From assembly GCA_030704615.1 (NCBI GenBank), contig CM060732.1:78864001-78928000 (forward strand): DNA of 64,000 nt, written 5' to 3'. A model generated the notes under the pieces. That model was given only the letters and a program-made list of their open reading frames with translations. It did not search any database and had not been told where the DNA came from. The stretch is from Takakia lepidozioides (lineage: Eukaryota > Plantae > Bryophyta). The position numbers and the translations under genes were made by a program. Positions 21,594 through 35,372 of this stretch are shown here, piece by piece; position 1 is the stretch's first letter; each line of letters starts with the position of its first letter.

Positions 21594-24500
21594 CAACTTC
21601 TGACAACAAAATCTCGACATTGAGGCTCAAGTAGTCAGCGGTCTCTGCATCACCACAAAGAGCCAAAACTGAGAAGTAAACATCCACAGAGTGTTCGATT
21701 TTTCTCCATACACTCTGGGCTACATCTGCCACTCCAATACATTAATCTCTTAGAGAGATGATGAAGAGGAGCATCTACTGCCACTGACTGGGCTTCCACA
21801 TACCAACAAAACGAGTGAAACTAGAACATGCAAGCACGATATGCCATTCTTGTTACCTCTCCCGTTCCCGCTCCCGAGAGTGAGAGCGATCAACCCGCTC
21901 TCTGTCTCTGTCGCGTTCCCGTTCGTGGTGGCGATCCCGCTCCCGCCCACCTCGGTCTCGTTCACGACCAGCTCCACGTTCACGGTCCCGATCACGGTCC
22001 CGGTGCCTATCGCCATCTCTTTCCCGTTCGCGGTCCCGCTCCCGTTCCCCCTCTCTTTCCTTTTCACGTTCGCGGTCACGTTCCCTCTCACGCTCGCGCT
22101 TCTCTGGTTTCTCAGGTTCCCTGCCAGAGAGAGCCATTGCTACATAAGCCTCTATCACCTGTGGCCAAGAGTGCATACAACCAAAAAACTAACCGACAAC
22201 CAATCATATGCAACTCGCATGCAAAAGAATCATACAAAAGCTGATACCTCTCTTCAACAACCCGCTCAGGTTCTCGTGGCTTTGGCTCCTCAGATCGTGT
22301 GGCAGGTGCTGCGGTTACAAGCTGGGGTTCTCTGAGACAAAGCAAAATGAACCCCTTTAGCTTCCAAAACAGAATGCATTCGGCCTTTGCAAATTGGTTA
22401 CTGAATAAGAAATTGAGCATGCACAACTTACCGGCCAGAGTACTTCTGATTGACCTCATCACCTCCCACCCTGGTTGATCCCAATCCCCCACCAAGCCTT
22501 CGGGGTCGCCAGTTAGGCACTGTTCGACCACGCTCGACATCCACCAGCACTCTTCGATTGTCAATCTTACGGCCATCCGCTTGCTTGTAGGCAGCTGAAC
22601 ACAGCAAGACCAAGGAGTCAATACAAGAGCCCTGACACATGGTGGACAACATTGAATGAGGCTTGACAAATTAGTGACAACTCTACAAGTCAGTCGAACA
22701 GAATCTGCAGCATTGATGCCAGAAAGGACATACTTTTCATGTCCCGTGTATGTTGGTACTCGATGAATGCATAGCCCCGAGGCTTTTTGGACTCCTGGTC
22801 ATGTACAAGCCGGACCTGGCAAACATACTTGAAAGATGTTAGAAATCTGATGTTGCAGACTTCCAGCATCAAACTGCAGTCACAAACTTTACAGAGACTT
22901 CATTTTAGCAGCACTACAAAGAGCATTAATCCATTCCACTTCTTTGCTCTTCTCGGGCACATTCATTTTGGTTTTTGACGTAAGGAAAACTCTACCCCTC
23001 CAAGGTTTGTTCAGTTTGTGGTTCTGGGTTACTGAAGCTTCAAGCTGGCATTTAAAGGAAGCATCTCTCACAAATGCAGGGAACTCTACATTCAATATTG
23101 TGCAGCTGATTCCACAAGAGACCTACAACTAGTTGATCTACATCAGCACGGCAGGCAGGGGCACTAAGCCTCATTGGCCGTGCTCACCTTGGAGACATAT
23201 GATTGCGCCTCGCAGGTTCAACAGGAGAACGCAGCGCCCTGTCTGGCGATGATGTCCATATTGCTGACTTACCCATATTTTCAATCTATACCCCCTTACC
23301 AGGGATGACCCTGGACCGGACTTCAGACAATTTCAATGTATCTAAACTAAGAGCGCTCACAGCAATCACTCAGATATCTACTCTGGGTAGTAGCTGTATC
23401 TCACCGACTCTAGTAGAGAGCTCAACCTAATGTAAATGACTCTCTAACAACAGGTAGACCTTGACCCATCCGATCGATGCACAAACTTCTTGAAACAAAA
23501 CTAGCTGGCACATCCTATGCAAATCCAATGCCACATAAGCACATAAAAAAGCTTGACTGTGAACTTACAGAAGTAAACCAACCTACATGAGGCACACAAG
23601 GTGGAATAAGAGCCGACACAGACTATCTGGATCAAAAAGAGCAAGCATTAGCCCGGTACTCTAAAAAATCTCACTCCTGGCATAGGTCCGAACCAAGCTG
23701 CAACTCACACTGTATATCTGGTTCAGTCTTACCAACAGCAAAGAAAGATGTGGGCTCCTTGAGAGACCACTCTCAAATACCTACCCGCTTGATTGGACCA
23801 TATGCCTCAAACTCTCTTTTGATTTTGTGCTCCGTCGTCTCGTAACTCTGCATAAAGATGGAAGTGCCAGCTCAGCATTGCTCAGGGCAAAAACAAACCT
23901 CTTATACGTACCGCCCCAAATCAGATGAGAGACCCACCAACGCAGCTGGCATTAGCTTCCAGACATGACCACGCAAGGTCAGTATTCTCCTACAAAAACA
24001 AATAGCAGACAAGAGATCACATAGCGTAAGAGCACAAATCACATGGTTGGGGTACTTACAACGCGCGCGACAAACAAGGTCTTATAAGGATCACCTTCCA
24101 CATTTGGGTCATTGGTAGGATCATCTGCAACATCCCAAATGGATCTTCAGAAAAACATCACAATTGATTGCACACACATGGTAAGAGGTTGGGCTTCCTA
24201 TAATGGACCTGAAAGTGCTGGTCTTTGATACTGCGCAAGGGAGAACTACTTCGACAACTTCTCTAGCGTTAAAACGTGAGCAACAGAGAAAACTGCAGTA
24301 TCATCATATGAGTAAGATTCCTGCATACAAAATACTTCCACGATATCCTGCACAGATTCTCATGGAATAAGACAAGGAAACAAACAATCACAATAGATTG
24401 AACAGGAACATACATTTCTCCAGCTCCTGCACTGCCTTTTCAGCTCCTTTCTCCAAACGAAGCACATGAATCCGTGCTCGTCGTTGTGCCTGAAAGAGCC

Positions 24501-26565
24501 AGCAGAGAATTACACATCTTGCTGAAATAACCATATGGACTCTGTCACTCACCTATTCCCCAAAAGATGGGTCAACTCCATTTAATTAAATCCGTAACAC
24601 AAGCTCCAAAAACCCCTACTCCATTCCGTCCAAACGTGGCATAGAGTCTATGGCTCCAAGGGTGTAGCATGAACTGCTCATCTCTCCTCCAGTAAAAGCT
24701 TAAGAGCACCAGACCCTAAGCATTTACCCAGTATTACAGTCTTTAGAAGATTATTCCATACTCAGGGAGATGCTATAGACATCCACAAGGCTAAAAGAGG
24801 AAAAAGAGACCTACAGAGACCTACAGTAATCACTGGCAGTGCATTCCATACCATATACCACATTGCAGTTGCCAGAGCAAGTGGAGGGCACGTGCAAACC
24901 TAACTGTGCCTAAAGCAAGTTCTGGACCAGAAGAATCTAGAACAAACCCAGTCACACAAAACTGTCAGTGAGTGCCAATGTCTGTTCACATACAATGTAA
25001 AACCTGAATATATATAAGTATAGATGATTCAGCTACATACCGGAGTTTCTCCCTTTGTTACCGGAGGAGAATACTCAGGGTCTCCAGGCTCTGCAAAGTT
25101 GTTCACAAACTGGCCAATCCCTGCAAATTGAGAAAGAATTTAGTAAGCCTTTATGTCACTTGTGCACTTCTGTTTTCTAGCCCTGTCTCGGTCTGAGATG
25201 CTGCAAAGAGAGCCATGTACCGCATCCTACACGAAACAGGTTCAGTATAAGAGCTGGAATCAACACTATGGTTGGAGACTGTGTCAAGGTCAGCCCTAAC
25301 AAACAACATAGGTTAGTCACTCTCAGGGTCGATTGAGTAATTATATGTGCACGAACAATGTGGAAGCTTCAGTTTCATTTTCTCACACTCATTAATACCT
25401 CATGACCAGTTCAGAGATGAGGAGCCCATGGTTACTGCCATTTAAAGTAGCTCACGGCATCCACAAATAACAGCTTCATCATCTCTGATTCATCAAGAGA
25501 AGGATACTAAAGAGTACCTGCATAAGGAGGACATCTCCGCTTCTCTGGTGGAGGCTTGAATTCCAGGGGTGCCCTAGGCTCAAAAAGCTTCAAGAGGTTT
25601 GCAGTAAGGCCAGTTGGGTGACTCTGCCCAATCTGCAAAAAAAACCCGAACCTGGCCTATCACTCAATGTACAGAAGACGAAGAAGGCAAGCAGGGGACC
25701 TCATGCGCATCCAGATAATCCAAGATATCAAGATTTATGAAGAGAATTGCTATCCTCAAGGGAGTGCGGCATAGCTGTAAGTGCGTACATCTCACAAGTG
25801 TCAGCTAGTGTACTTGGATTCCTCAGTGAAAGATTGATTTTGAGGGTGACAGGTATGAGTAAGTGGGCAAAGACTGAACTGAATGACAAAGAAATGCATG
25901 GACACAAAGGACGGAGAGGAACGATTGAGATGAATCTTCTTTGTCACCACTGAAGTGTTTCGTACGAGCTTAGGGTATTCTCTGAAAGTAGATGGCATAC
26001 AACAAGCATATTTTAAGCAGCAAGAAGAAGGAGATGTGCAAATCAGACTAGCAACAAATCGCGAGATCACACACTGCGGAAGTTCACTGCCAGCAGTTTC
26101 AACAAAAAGACACGAGACATAATAGGATCGTTCGAGGGACTTAGGCCCAATCAGAAAGAGGCTCCCAAACAATCAAGAACAAGAATTGGTGCCATCACCA
26201 GCCGACCCAAAGCTTCAGGATCGATAAACATATATCCTTGACACAAATGCCTGGTGAAGAGGAGCACAACAGATACACAGGCCAAGAGGCTCGCACAACT
26301 ACGCATCACACACCTACACAAGTAGCCCTAAAAATGAAAAGAGAAAAAGGGATCTCCTCCTCAGATCGTGCTGTGTAAAACAAGCCCCAAGGCAAACACA
26401 CGCAGTTTCTGGACCGTCACATCCAGAACATCAATGCCATTATTCATCAAAGCTGAAAGAGCATACAAGCTTCAGCTGCTGCACAGTGGCCCGGTTCTGA
26501 GCTTTGGTGCGGCCGGGAGGACCCGCCATATCCTTGCGCATGTAGACATCGCCATAGTCACCCAT
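21594..26565 (-). CDS. U1-70K: U1 snRNP 70 kDa protein. Exons 26565-26467, 25632-25518, 25120-25041, 24489-24414, 24124-24060, 23847-23785, 22815-22734, 22594-22432, 22331-22248 and 22120-21857; last exon uncertain (~21600)
   Basis: [41 protein letters not shown] (RNP1), [24 protein letters not shown] and an RE/RD-rich tail. GT-AG junctions are phase-consistent. Confidence 0.95.
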
Positions 26566-26663
26566 GGCCTCAAGCCTTGTCCCCCGCTGCTCTCTTCTAG
26601 GTACACAATCCCGTTGGCTGCTTGTCGCAAGACGCAGCCTCCTCTCCCTCCCTCACACTGCCC

Positions 26664-26671
26664 TAGGGTTT
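26664..26671 (-). promoter_or_regulatory. Telo-box (AAACCCTA) upstream of U1-70K
   Basis: TAGGGTTT ~100 nt upstream of the ATG. This motif is common in plant RNA-processing gene promoters. Confidence 0.45.
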
Positions 26672-26956
26672 TGAGTGCCCTCTCGCGACCTGCAAGACGA
26701 TCATCCGTGTGTTTATACTCCTGATTTTTCTTTTTTTTCTTTTTTCTTTTTTCTTTTTTCTTTTTATTTGCTATTTGTTAAAAGATATTCCTTTTTCCTG
26801 TTTTTTCATAAAATAATTTATTTTTTATTTTACTTTTTAAGTAAAATACTATAGGTAGTCAGGACTGAGTCTGGGCCCCTAAAGTTTTTGTTTTTTTAAG
26901 AGGGCCGCCCCATACCCAAAGATTTATAAGTAAAGGGGGAGGAAAAAATAAATAAA

Positions 26957-27082
26957 TAAACCCTTGAGGCCACAAGACCGTATGTCATAGATAGCGCAAT
27001 GTCGGAACAATCAAATATAGAAAGAATTAAACCCTTGAGGCCACAAGACCGTATGTCATAGAAAGCGCAATGTCGGAACAAT
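26957..27082. repeat. Direct repeat, 2 x ~55 bp, period 71
   Basis: TAAACCCTTGAGGCCACAAGACCGTATGTCATAGA(T/A)AGCGCAATGTCGGAACAAT occurs twice. Confidence 0.9.
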
Positions 27083-29640
27083 AAACAATATTTGACGCCT
27101 CCCGAAGGAAGTGTAAATTATGGTGTCTCTTCACCTAGAAGGGTTACTGCGTTCCGCTAGGAAGGTGCACCTTTGTGACACCCACAACCTCTTCCGAGGT
27201 GGTATGTGCCCATCACCACTGGGCTACAACTTGGTTGTCAGGTTGGAACAACATAGACTAAGGCCAAAGCATCGGGGAGCTTGAGCGCGTCAAAAGACCG
27301 GAATTACTGAAATCGTAGACAGATCAAAACAAAAACAAGTATACGTCGACATAGTGAGGGACAGCATATAGCCTTATGACCTTTTGACATGGTTATTTTT
27401 TCCATGGCTTCTTTTAAATATGCAGGGCCTCTTCCACCTTTAAAAAAAAAGTACTAACATGCAAGCTAGGAGCATAGTAAGGAAAAAGTGAATGACATGA
27501 AATGTGGGGTATATCATATCTTCACTAACGCAGAAGATTAATTCAATTTTGTCATACGCAACTTTATCACGAACAAAATGAGGTCTATATCAATATGCTT
27601 GGTATGTGCATCATGGTCTGATAAGTTAAATTTTAAGCAAGACGTACAACTTTTCAATTACCATCATGAACAATTGTTTCTTATTACCGTTTCAACTAAT
27701 CGAACCAAGAATAAATGTATACCCGATATAGATCAACATCAAGCGTCAATACATGGTGCATTACCTACATCACAGAACCCAACCAGAGCCGATCTCTAAG
27801 ACTAAGTTATTACAGTTTGCCTTGGATAAATGTTACCTCTATAAACTATAAACCTTAAACTACCATAAATGTTAAGAAAATTGTACTCCCCTACTTGTGC
27901 ACACTTCAGTGTTATTCCTTAACAAATGTTTACTCCCCTCTTCATTGAGTTACTTGGGGGTTGGTACCGCGTGAGCACAAAAAAAAATCGCCGCGTGAGC
28001 GGGATCCACGGTTATAGGGGTGATATGTATGACAGTGGAAATACATATAATAGACAGACATAGGGCCTTTCTGCGTTAATAGGGTCTCCATGGTGTCTAA
28101 ATATAATGTTAAGCATATAGAAAGAGCTTGAAGGGGAGAAACCTTAAGCACTCAATTTCTTCATGATCGGGTCCTATTACCGTGGAAGTGTATATTTCGG
28201 AAGAAGAGGTGAACACGGCAAAACTTCTAAACACGGCAAACACAGCAATATACGACATATTGAGTCCCCTTTAGAAGCACGATGATAGACCCAATTCCCC
28301 CATCTCTACTTCCCAAGCACTCCCACCCTAAGCAACTAGTCCCACCCTCCACCAGCCCCAAGCGCTCCACCTTGAAGACAAGCACCAAGCCGGGATCCCA
28401 CCTGGCCCCACTCTCACCAAGCCCCTAAAAGTATACCAGCACCCACACCCACTAGTGAGTTATTTTCAACCCACCGACAATAGTAGAACTATCTAGAAAG
28501 TAGAACTCTCTAGAAAGTCAACTAGTGAACTAGGGAAGATGGCTATACCAACTTTGGCATGCGAGTAGCGGATATGACGTGTCACCAGTGGTTAAGGACA
28601 GTGGTTACGCTCACTCAACTTTGAGTCCACGTGTTCGCTGACATTTTTCTGGACCTAGCTAGCTGGCGGGTCCGGGTCCGCTTTTAAAATGAACCCAGTT
28701 TAGGTCCGAGTTTTTGGTGATGGCCAGGTCCGGATCCGGAGCAACCTGGACCCTAACCAGGGTTTTTTTAGGGATTTTGAAAAGGGGTAGGAGTGGCTAT
28801 ATATATTGGGTGAAGGGTAGTGGCCCACTCTAGGTAATTCTCCTCGAACTAGTAGGCTACATGTATTTCTACCCTTGCCATATTTTGCAAATCAAATGAA
28901 TGGAACTCTTTCTATGTGAAAACCGTAGGCTAATTGGTACAAATGAGGTGTATAGTACTCGCAAGACTGGCGACGAACATCTCCTTGGGAAACAAATGAG
29001 GCCCCACCATCCTAAACCCACTCCTCATCTGCCCTGTCAGATCATCCTGCATGGGGCCTGCCATGGCTACATCTGTGCCGACCTCGGGGGATCATAGACG
29101 AGGACCTTTTTTAGACCCCCAATTTTTGGCAAAAATTGCCTTATTTGGACCTCTTTTTCTCTTTGTTTCATTCGCCAAGGGGATTTTCAGGCGGCCAAAT
29201 GGCGAAAAATCGCCAATAAAAAAAACGTTGACCCTAACCCGGTGGGTACCCGGGGTGAAAATCCGGACCCGCACAACACTGTCGTCGATGTCGTCAATGA
29301 TCATCCTGAAATCATGATCATGAAAAAATTGAGTGTGTTAACACACTCACAGGAGGGGGGGGGTTAGGGGGATTATTATTATTTTTTTACCCCCCCCCCC
29401 CCCCCAAAAAACCCACCGAGTACCCGGAGTGAAAATCCGGACCTGCACAACACTGTCGTCGCTTAGAGGGCAAAGCATGAGCCAAGCTCCTGGGCTCACG
29501 CGGCTAGGCTCTGGATAGCTTACTTTTTTCCGAGCCAATGTAATTTCAACTTGTGTGGCCTGTGCCGTTGAGCACATATTATAAGTATATATGTATTTGA
29601 ACTATAAAGCATTTCTTAAACAATATTGTAAGTGCCAATA

Positions 29641-29990
29641 CCGTAGCGGCCGCTCTATTTCGACGGACCACTCTGCCGGAATCATTAAATACATGTAGGT
29701 CGCCAGGTTTGGCAGACTTAATGACAATATTAATTTTTTCATGTAAGCTTCATCCGATTTTTTTGGAATTCGGCACATTTCATTAAATTTCATTAGTAAG
29801 TAGTTAGTACTAGCATTCACTACTGTAAATTTTTTTTTTTGCATTTGGCAATTGCCATTTTTTTTTTTTCCCCCACAGTTCATTTTTTTAAATGAAAAAT
29901 ATCCCTTTTTCATCTACTAGGGCAAAATTTTAAAACATTCATCATCTCTTAAAACGAAATAATTAAGTCGGAATAGAGCGACCTCTACGG
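29641..29990. mobile_element. MITE, Tc1/mariner(pogo)-type
   Basis: 24-bp imperfect TIRs CCGTAGCGGCCGCTCTATTTCGAC / GTCGGAATAGAGCGACCTCTACGG, with TA on both sides and an AT-rich interior. Confidence 0.8.
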
Positions 29991-32900
29991 TAGTCCATAA
30001 AAAACCCAATTTGCTATTCTTCATGAATTTTTAGTGACTAAAAAGACTTGAAATTCAATATCTCCCACACCACAGGTTCAAAAAGTATGAAACTGCCTCA
30101 ATTTACCCCTACTCATAGAGGGTTTTCCAGGGGTATCAAGACCCCTATTGGAGGCCTTGCGGTTTGGAAGATCTCAACGACTTTACAAACAAATTTAATG
30201 TATAGATAGAATATGTTGATTGACAAAATTATAGTCATATGATAATGCTCTTGTGGTGTTTTTTGATCATGATGAATCTTGCCACCAATAGATCACAAGT
30301 TATCAATGTCTAATATGCAATGTCAATTACTTATATCTTAAGGTGCAAGACCTATTCCATAGCTACAATATCACGAACCTCAAAGAGTGCTTTGCTATGA
30401 GCGACAATTTCATATAACTCAATGGTACTAAGGGTGTAAAAGTCATCATGCACACTGATAGTATGTTGGCCGTGATGATACACTCGCATAGCTGGATGAC
30501 CTCCAGATTCTCTTCTCCATCCCAAAGGAAACAACTTTGATTCCATTGCCTCAAATGATTCTATGACTTCGTTGTCAACATGACATACCAATTGTTTTTT
30601 AAATTGAGGTTTCTTATGCATTTGATCAGTTGTTTGCAATGTCTTTTTTTAAAGAATTCAGCAATATAGCAGAAAATAAATATATTGAAATAATAGCTAC
30701 TTTCAGTTTTATGGAAAAAAGATGAGCAATAAACAAATAAAAATTATAATTGGAATGTGTGTGTGTGTCTTATTTTAGTTTGTATACCCCATCTATTATA
30801 TATAGATGATATTTATTGTTGAAGAAATAGAACCATGCCACACTCTATTTTTTTGAAAAGCAAACAAAAGATTAACATATATAAAATATAATATTTTATA
30901 CTATATACCCCCAATACACCTTCCAATCCTCAGCTATGGTGTCAATCTTTTTGCCTAGTAAATCTTGTCTATTTGTGTCTTTCTCTTGCAACTTTGCATG
31001 ACATATTTGCTATATTGAGAGGATTTGATGAATATTTTGACTATGGAGTTGAAGTTTGTTTAATATATGTAAAACTTTAGATCAGGACATACTCTGAGAC
31101 TTCCATATCATCATCATGACAACCTATCGACATATTTATATTTGATTCTATTAACACCGTGCCAAATTTATTAATTTATGAAGAGTTTATCAGGTATACT
31201 TTTACAACAAACTTTACATAAGAAAAGAAGATGCCCTATATTTAATATCTAGGTAACAGCTCAATAATAACACTCTTTTTATTAGAAATGGATGCAATAC
31301 GAAAAAAGGTTGGTTACAACTTATAACAAACCTCCATTTAAATTGCAATGTGATGTTTACTGGCCCATCTTTAGAATAAACAAGAGACTCCCTCCTCAAG
31401 GGCCTGATTGTGAGCAGTCGTTCCCAGGTTTCCTTTTTGAAAAAGAAAAAAAGAAAAAAAAAAGAGACTACGTATGAGTGTCAAAATCGCTAAGCCCCTG
31501 TCCCGGGTGTCACCTCCTCTCATTTGCTGAAAACTACTTCTTGATTTGCCTTCTCCAGTTTACACCTCCCTCAAGTAACATCTCTCTTTTTGAACAATTT
31601 ATGAAAAATAAATGGATGAACTTTTAAGTTTATTATGGATGAAAGTATATTTCACTATTTACCATACACGACTAGCCCCCTTGTTTCATATGTTATATTT
31701 TAGATCAGATCATTAGGTGATTGTGGGGTGAACAAATTATCTTTAAAATATGTGGATTGGAAATTTGTTCTTTATGCACTTGGTTGTCGGTATATATGTA
31801 GTATGCAGCTTTTGTTAATGCAGCCTAGGATTTGATTGCAACATTAGCTCACAATAGGCAATTTGAGTGTGGGTGCCGCAGCAAGACAATGGAAGATGTC
31901 TTTGCAATTGTCTATGCTGCAGCCCCTCTAGAATGTGTCAGTGAAGGATAGATAATAATGATGAGTAGTGTAGTCCCTTTACCAAGCGGGAGTCACACAA
32001 AGGGGGCAATTCCAATCCGTCACCCAAATATACAAAAACCCCATTTTAAAGAAAAACAAATGCATGCAATTCATGCAAGCCCTTCCCTCTAGTAATTATG
32101 AATAGATAGTAAAAATCTGGAAGATCACATGGTGTTTATTAATAAATATCGCGGTAACCGAATTTGAGCCCTCAATCACCCGGGTGACACGCTCGGTAAT
32201 ATCCTCATTTATGGCATGCACAAGAAGTTGAACTCCAGACCTGAAGGCCAAACAAAACTGGTTGTGACCATGAAACAGTTCATCCATGGGATGTCATTCA
32301 TTAGAAATATGGACAGAATATTCTGGTGGCAATTGTCTCGGTCGAATTGGAAGTCTAATCGAAAGTATCGGTGCTAAAGCAGCTGAAACTCTTTGCGTAG
32401 TCATGCCTTAGGATGGCAAGGCCAATATAAATGACACTTGATAAGGCCTACGTGCAACGGTGGTGTTTTTGTAGATGTGATCCTATTGGCCCAAAATTTG
32501 GCATGTAGGTGGTAGGGAATCACCAATTGTCCTCTTCTAAATTATAAGAAAATCAGGGAATTACAACAATTTTTGCGCAGCATGGGGTCATTTTTTTGGG
32601 TAGAAATCAAACTACCGTGTGGGGGTTTTAGCCCTTAAGTGTCAAACCGACCCAAAACGGGACGGTCAAGTTTCTTGAACCATCCAGTTCTTACTGGGAT
32701 TAACTTTGATTTGAGTCAAATTTGGCTCATTAGGTAGGAAAAAGGTTTTTTCACACAAGGCATTGACCAATCTTCAATAAAATAAAGTTATACATCGAGT
32801 AAGATCCCCCAATATGGGACTAATTCAGCTTTTCAAGCATGTTTATGTCGAGTCATCTTGCCCGAGTTGCTTGTATGGCAACCGCGATCAGGTTAGGGAA

Positions 32901-33367
32901 AGGGTTCCCATCCTAAGGACGGCTAGGCCCACATGCATTCCAATACCCCATGAATGTGCAACAACTTGCATGGCCCCCAGGATTGGGCAGTAGGTCCGAA
33001 GCATAATGAAGGGTTGTGGCCGTTCGGCGCATAGGACAATGTGAAGGCGTCAGGCGGCGTAAGCCTAGCCCTGTGAGCCTGTTAGCTAGGCTCACGCTTC
33101 ACCCACAAAGCGTGAGCGCAAGGTGGTGTTGCAAAGAAATAGGACCTATACCCGAGGTCAGGCGGAAGAAGATTTAATACTGCAAGAAATCAGATATTTG
33201 CTTCTCTTTCTTGCACAAACGATGAGGGGCAAAACCATCGTTGACGATCGTTTTTTATTTTATTTATTTATTTTTTAGATTTTTATTTGCGTGCTCTTTC
33301 TTGCGATCAGTGAGTGGTTCCAAAACGATAGCATAGTCATTATGGTTCTTTTAGGTCAATTCATGGA

Positions 33368-33435
33368 GGGGGCTGTTTTTAATACCATCCGCATTTTGAA
33401 AAATGTGCAAGGCTTCACGAGGCCATATTGACGTC

Positions 33436-33468
<33 letters not shown>

Positions 33469-33960
33469 CTTAGTTGCATGAGGCCAAATCCATGATCATT
33501 AACGGGGGCTGTTTTTAATACCATCCGTATTTTGAAAAATGTGCAAGGTTTCACGAGGCCATATTGACGTCTATATATATATATATATATGTCTTAGTTG
33601 CATGAGGCCAAATCCATGATCATTAACGATCCAGGCAAATGGACATATACAAGGTATAAAAAAGTGGTTTTTTTTGTTTTCTTTGTTTTTCTTTCCGCCT
33701 TAATTGCATGAGGCCAAATCCACGACCGTTCACGATTGAGGCAAATTTTTTTAAGATTTTTCTTTTCCCTTTGGCTGCATAACGCCAAATCCATGATTGT
33801 TCACAATGAAAGCAAATGGACATATATAAGGCAAAAAAAGGAAAAAAAATCAAAATGTTTTTTTTAATTTTTTGATTTTTGATTTTTGATTTTTTTTTTC
33901 GGTCTTGACTTCATGAGGCCAAATCCACGACCGTTAACGATTGAGGCAAATGGACGTATA
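33368..33960. repeat. Tandem duplication (~125-135 bp x2, with TA microsatellites) plus repeated CATGAGGCCAAATCCA motifs
   Basis: GGGGCTGTTTTTAATACCATCCG...GCATGAGGCCAAATCCATGATCATTAACG occurs twice, and the core motif recurs near 33707, 33778 and 33912. Confidence 0.8.
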
Positions 33961-35073
33961 TGGTCGTTGATGACCTTGGTAGCACTACTTTCTGGAGTGC
34001 TATATTGTTTTGTTCATATTTCTCTGCCCCGTTGCTCGAGAAAGTGATGGGCTCCCTGTCATAATATGCACAAGTCCGCGAAAAGGGGTTTCTGTTCGCG
34101 GTAATAGGTGTCAATCTGCGGTTATGGGCCCAAGAAATCATGTGCGAGAATGTGAGCCTGCCTAGGCTGATCTCATGGGTCGAGGCTCACGCACTAGCAT
34201 TCCCCACGTCAGGCCCTTGACTGAGGGCTGGTGGCGAAAAGGTGCAAAACCAGCTAGGCTCCAAGGCTAGAATAGGAAATATCATAGGGCTGCAGGTTAA
34301 AATATAGGTTGGGCTGGGAAGTACCGGGCAGGCCCAAAATGTCTAACGGATTGGATTGAACATTTTTCTACAGCAACCTTTGCATGCAAGGATGACATGG
34401 ACCACAACAATTGTAGATTGGACGGTAGATTTGTCCCACGTAATTTTTGCAGCCCAAATGATGGCCTGCCCGCTTCAAACTCGGTTTTTTGCCCCCTCAA
34501 TTTGTGAGTACTGAGAAGCCCACCCGAAAACAAATTAGAAAAAAGTGAAAATTTCAGGGAAGTGTGTTATCATGTGAGGTACAAAATGAAAACATTGCCC
34601 AAATTTGACAAATTTCTTGGTTTTGTATGCTCTTCATGTTTAAGAAGGATTCTTTTTGGGCCACATCTGAATATTATAATCTTCTAATGTGTCACTTCGA
34701 TATGGCTGAAATAGATTGGCTAGGTGGTGGGCAGTAAATTCAGAAATCACTTTTACAGGGACTCAGAAATCTGGGAGATAAAAAAGATTTAGTGGGCCAG
34801 GGTCCTTTTTTCATAGCATATGGTGAAAATGGGCCCCAACGCTGAAGGGTTAAGCTCTTAGACCGGTTCTGGTTGTCATGAGGTCTCAAGTCTCAACTAA
34901 ACACAAATGGCAAATGTGGACACACTGTCGAAGCAAGTAAATTATGGTGGCCCTTGAGCTGGAGAGCTACTGGACACCTTCATGACATCCAACATGTCCT
35001 TTTCAACCCACAACTACTAGTGAAGTTGTGTATGGCCTTACCACTACCTACCACAGGGCTAATGTTGGTTGTC

Positions 35074-35372
35074 TCAACCAGAGAGTATGTCATAGCAGAG
35101 AGCAAGGGAGAACATATTTGAGCCTCTGCTGAAGACAACAGACCCTGCTGGAATGCCATCAACACAAAGTGCTCTGAACCAAGGATGGGGATCAATTATA
35201 GAACTGAAATACTCACAGGCTTCTTCCTCAGAATTGAGGTTTTCACGCGAGGTTGTTGTTTTAACCTCATCGTCTCCAGCCCATGTCAGGAATGCTATAC
35301 ATCCTCAATGGCGAATTTCCGGAGTGTCACTCGATGAGGAGCAAGGCTGGCAGGTGAGGCGAGGCTTTCCAT
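35074..35372 (-). pseudogene. GNAT (RimJ/RimL, p20-like) N-acetyltransferase pseudogene
   Basis: HRVTLRKFAIEDV (frameshift) AFLTWAGDDEV...HPWFRALCVDGIPAGSV jumps directly to NMFSL. The acetyl-CoA-binding WGxG segment is missing. Confidence 0.75.

Noticed and set aside
21750-22335. Hydrophobic or repetitive ORFs of 113-164 aa
   Set aside because: Alternative-frame and antisense shadows of the U1-70K RE/RD-rich exon.
27090-27293. Short inverted ends TTTGACGC...GCGTCAAA suggesting a MITE
   Set aside because: Only 8 bp and no clear target-site duplication.
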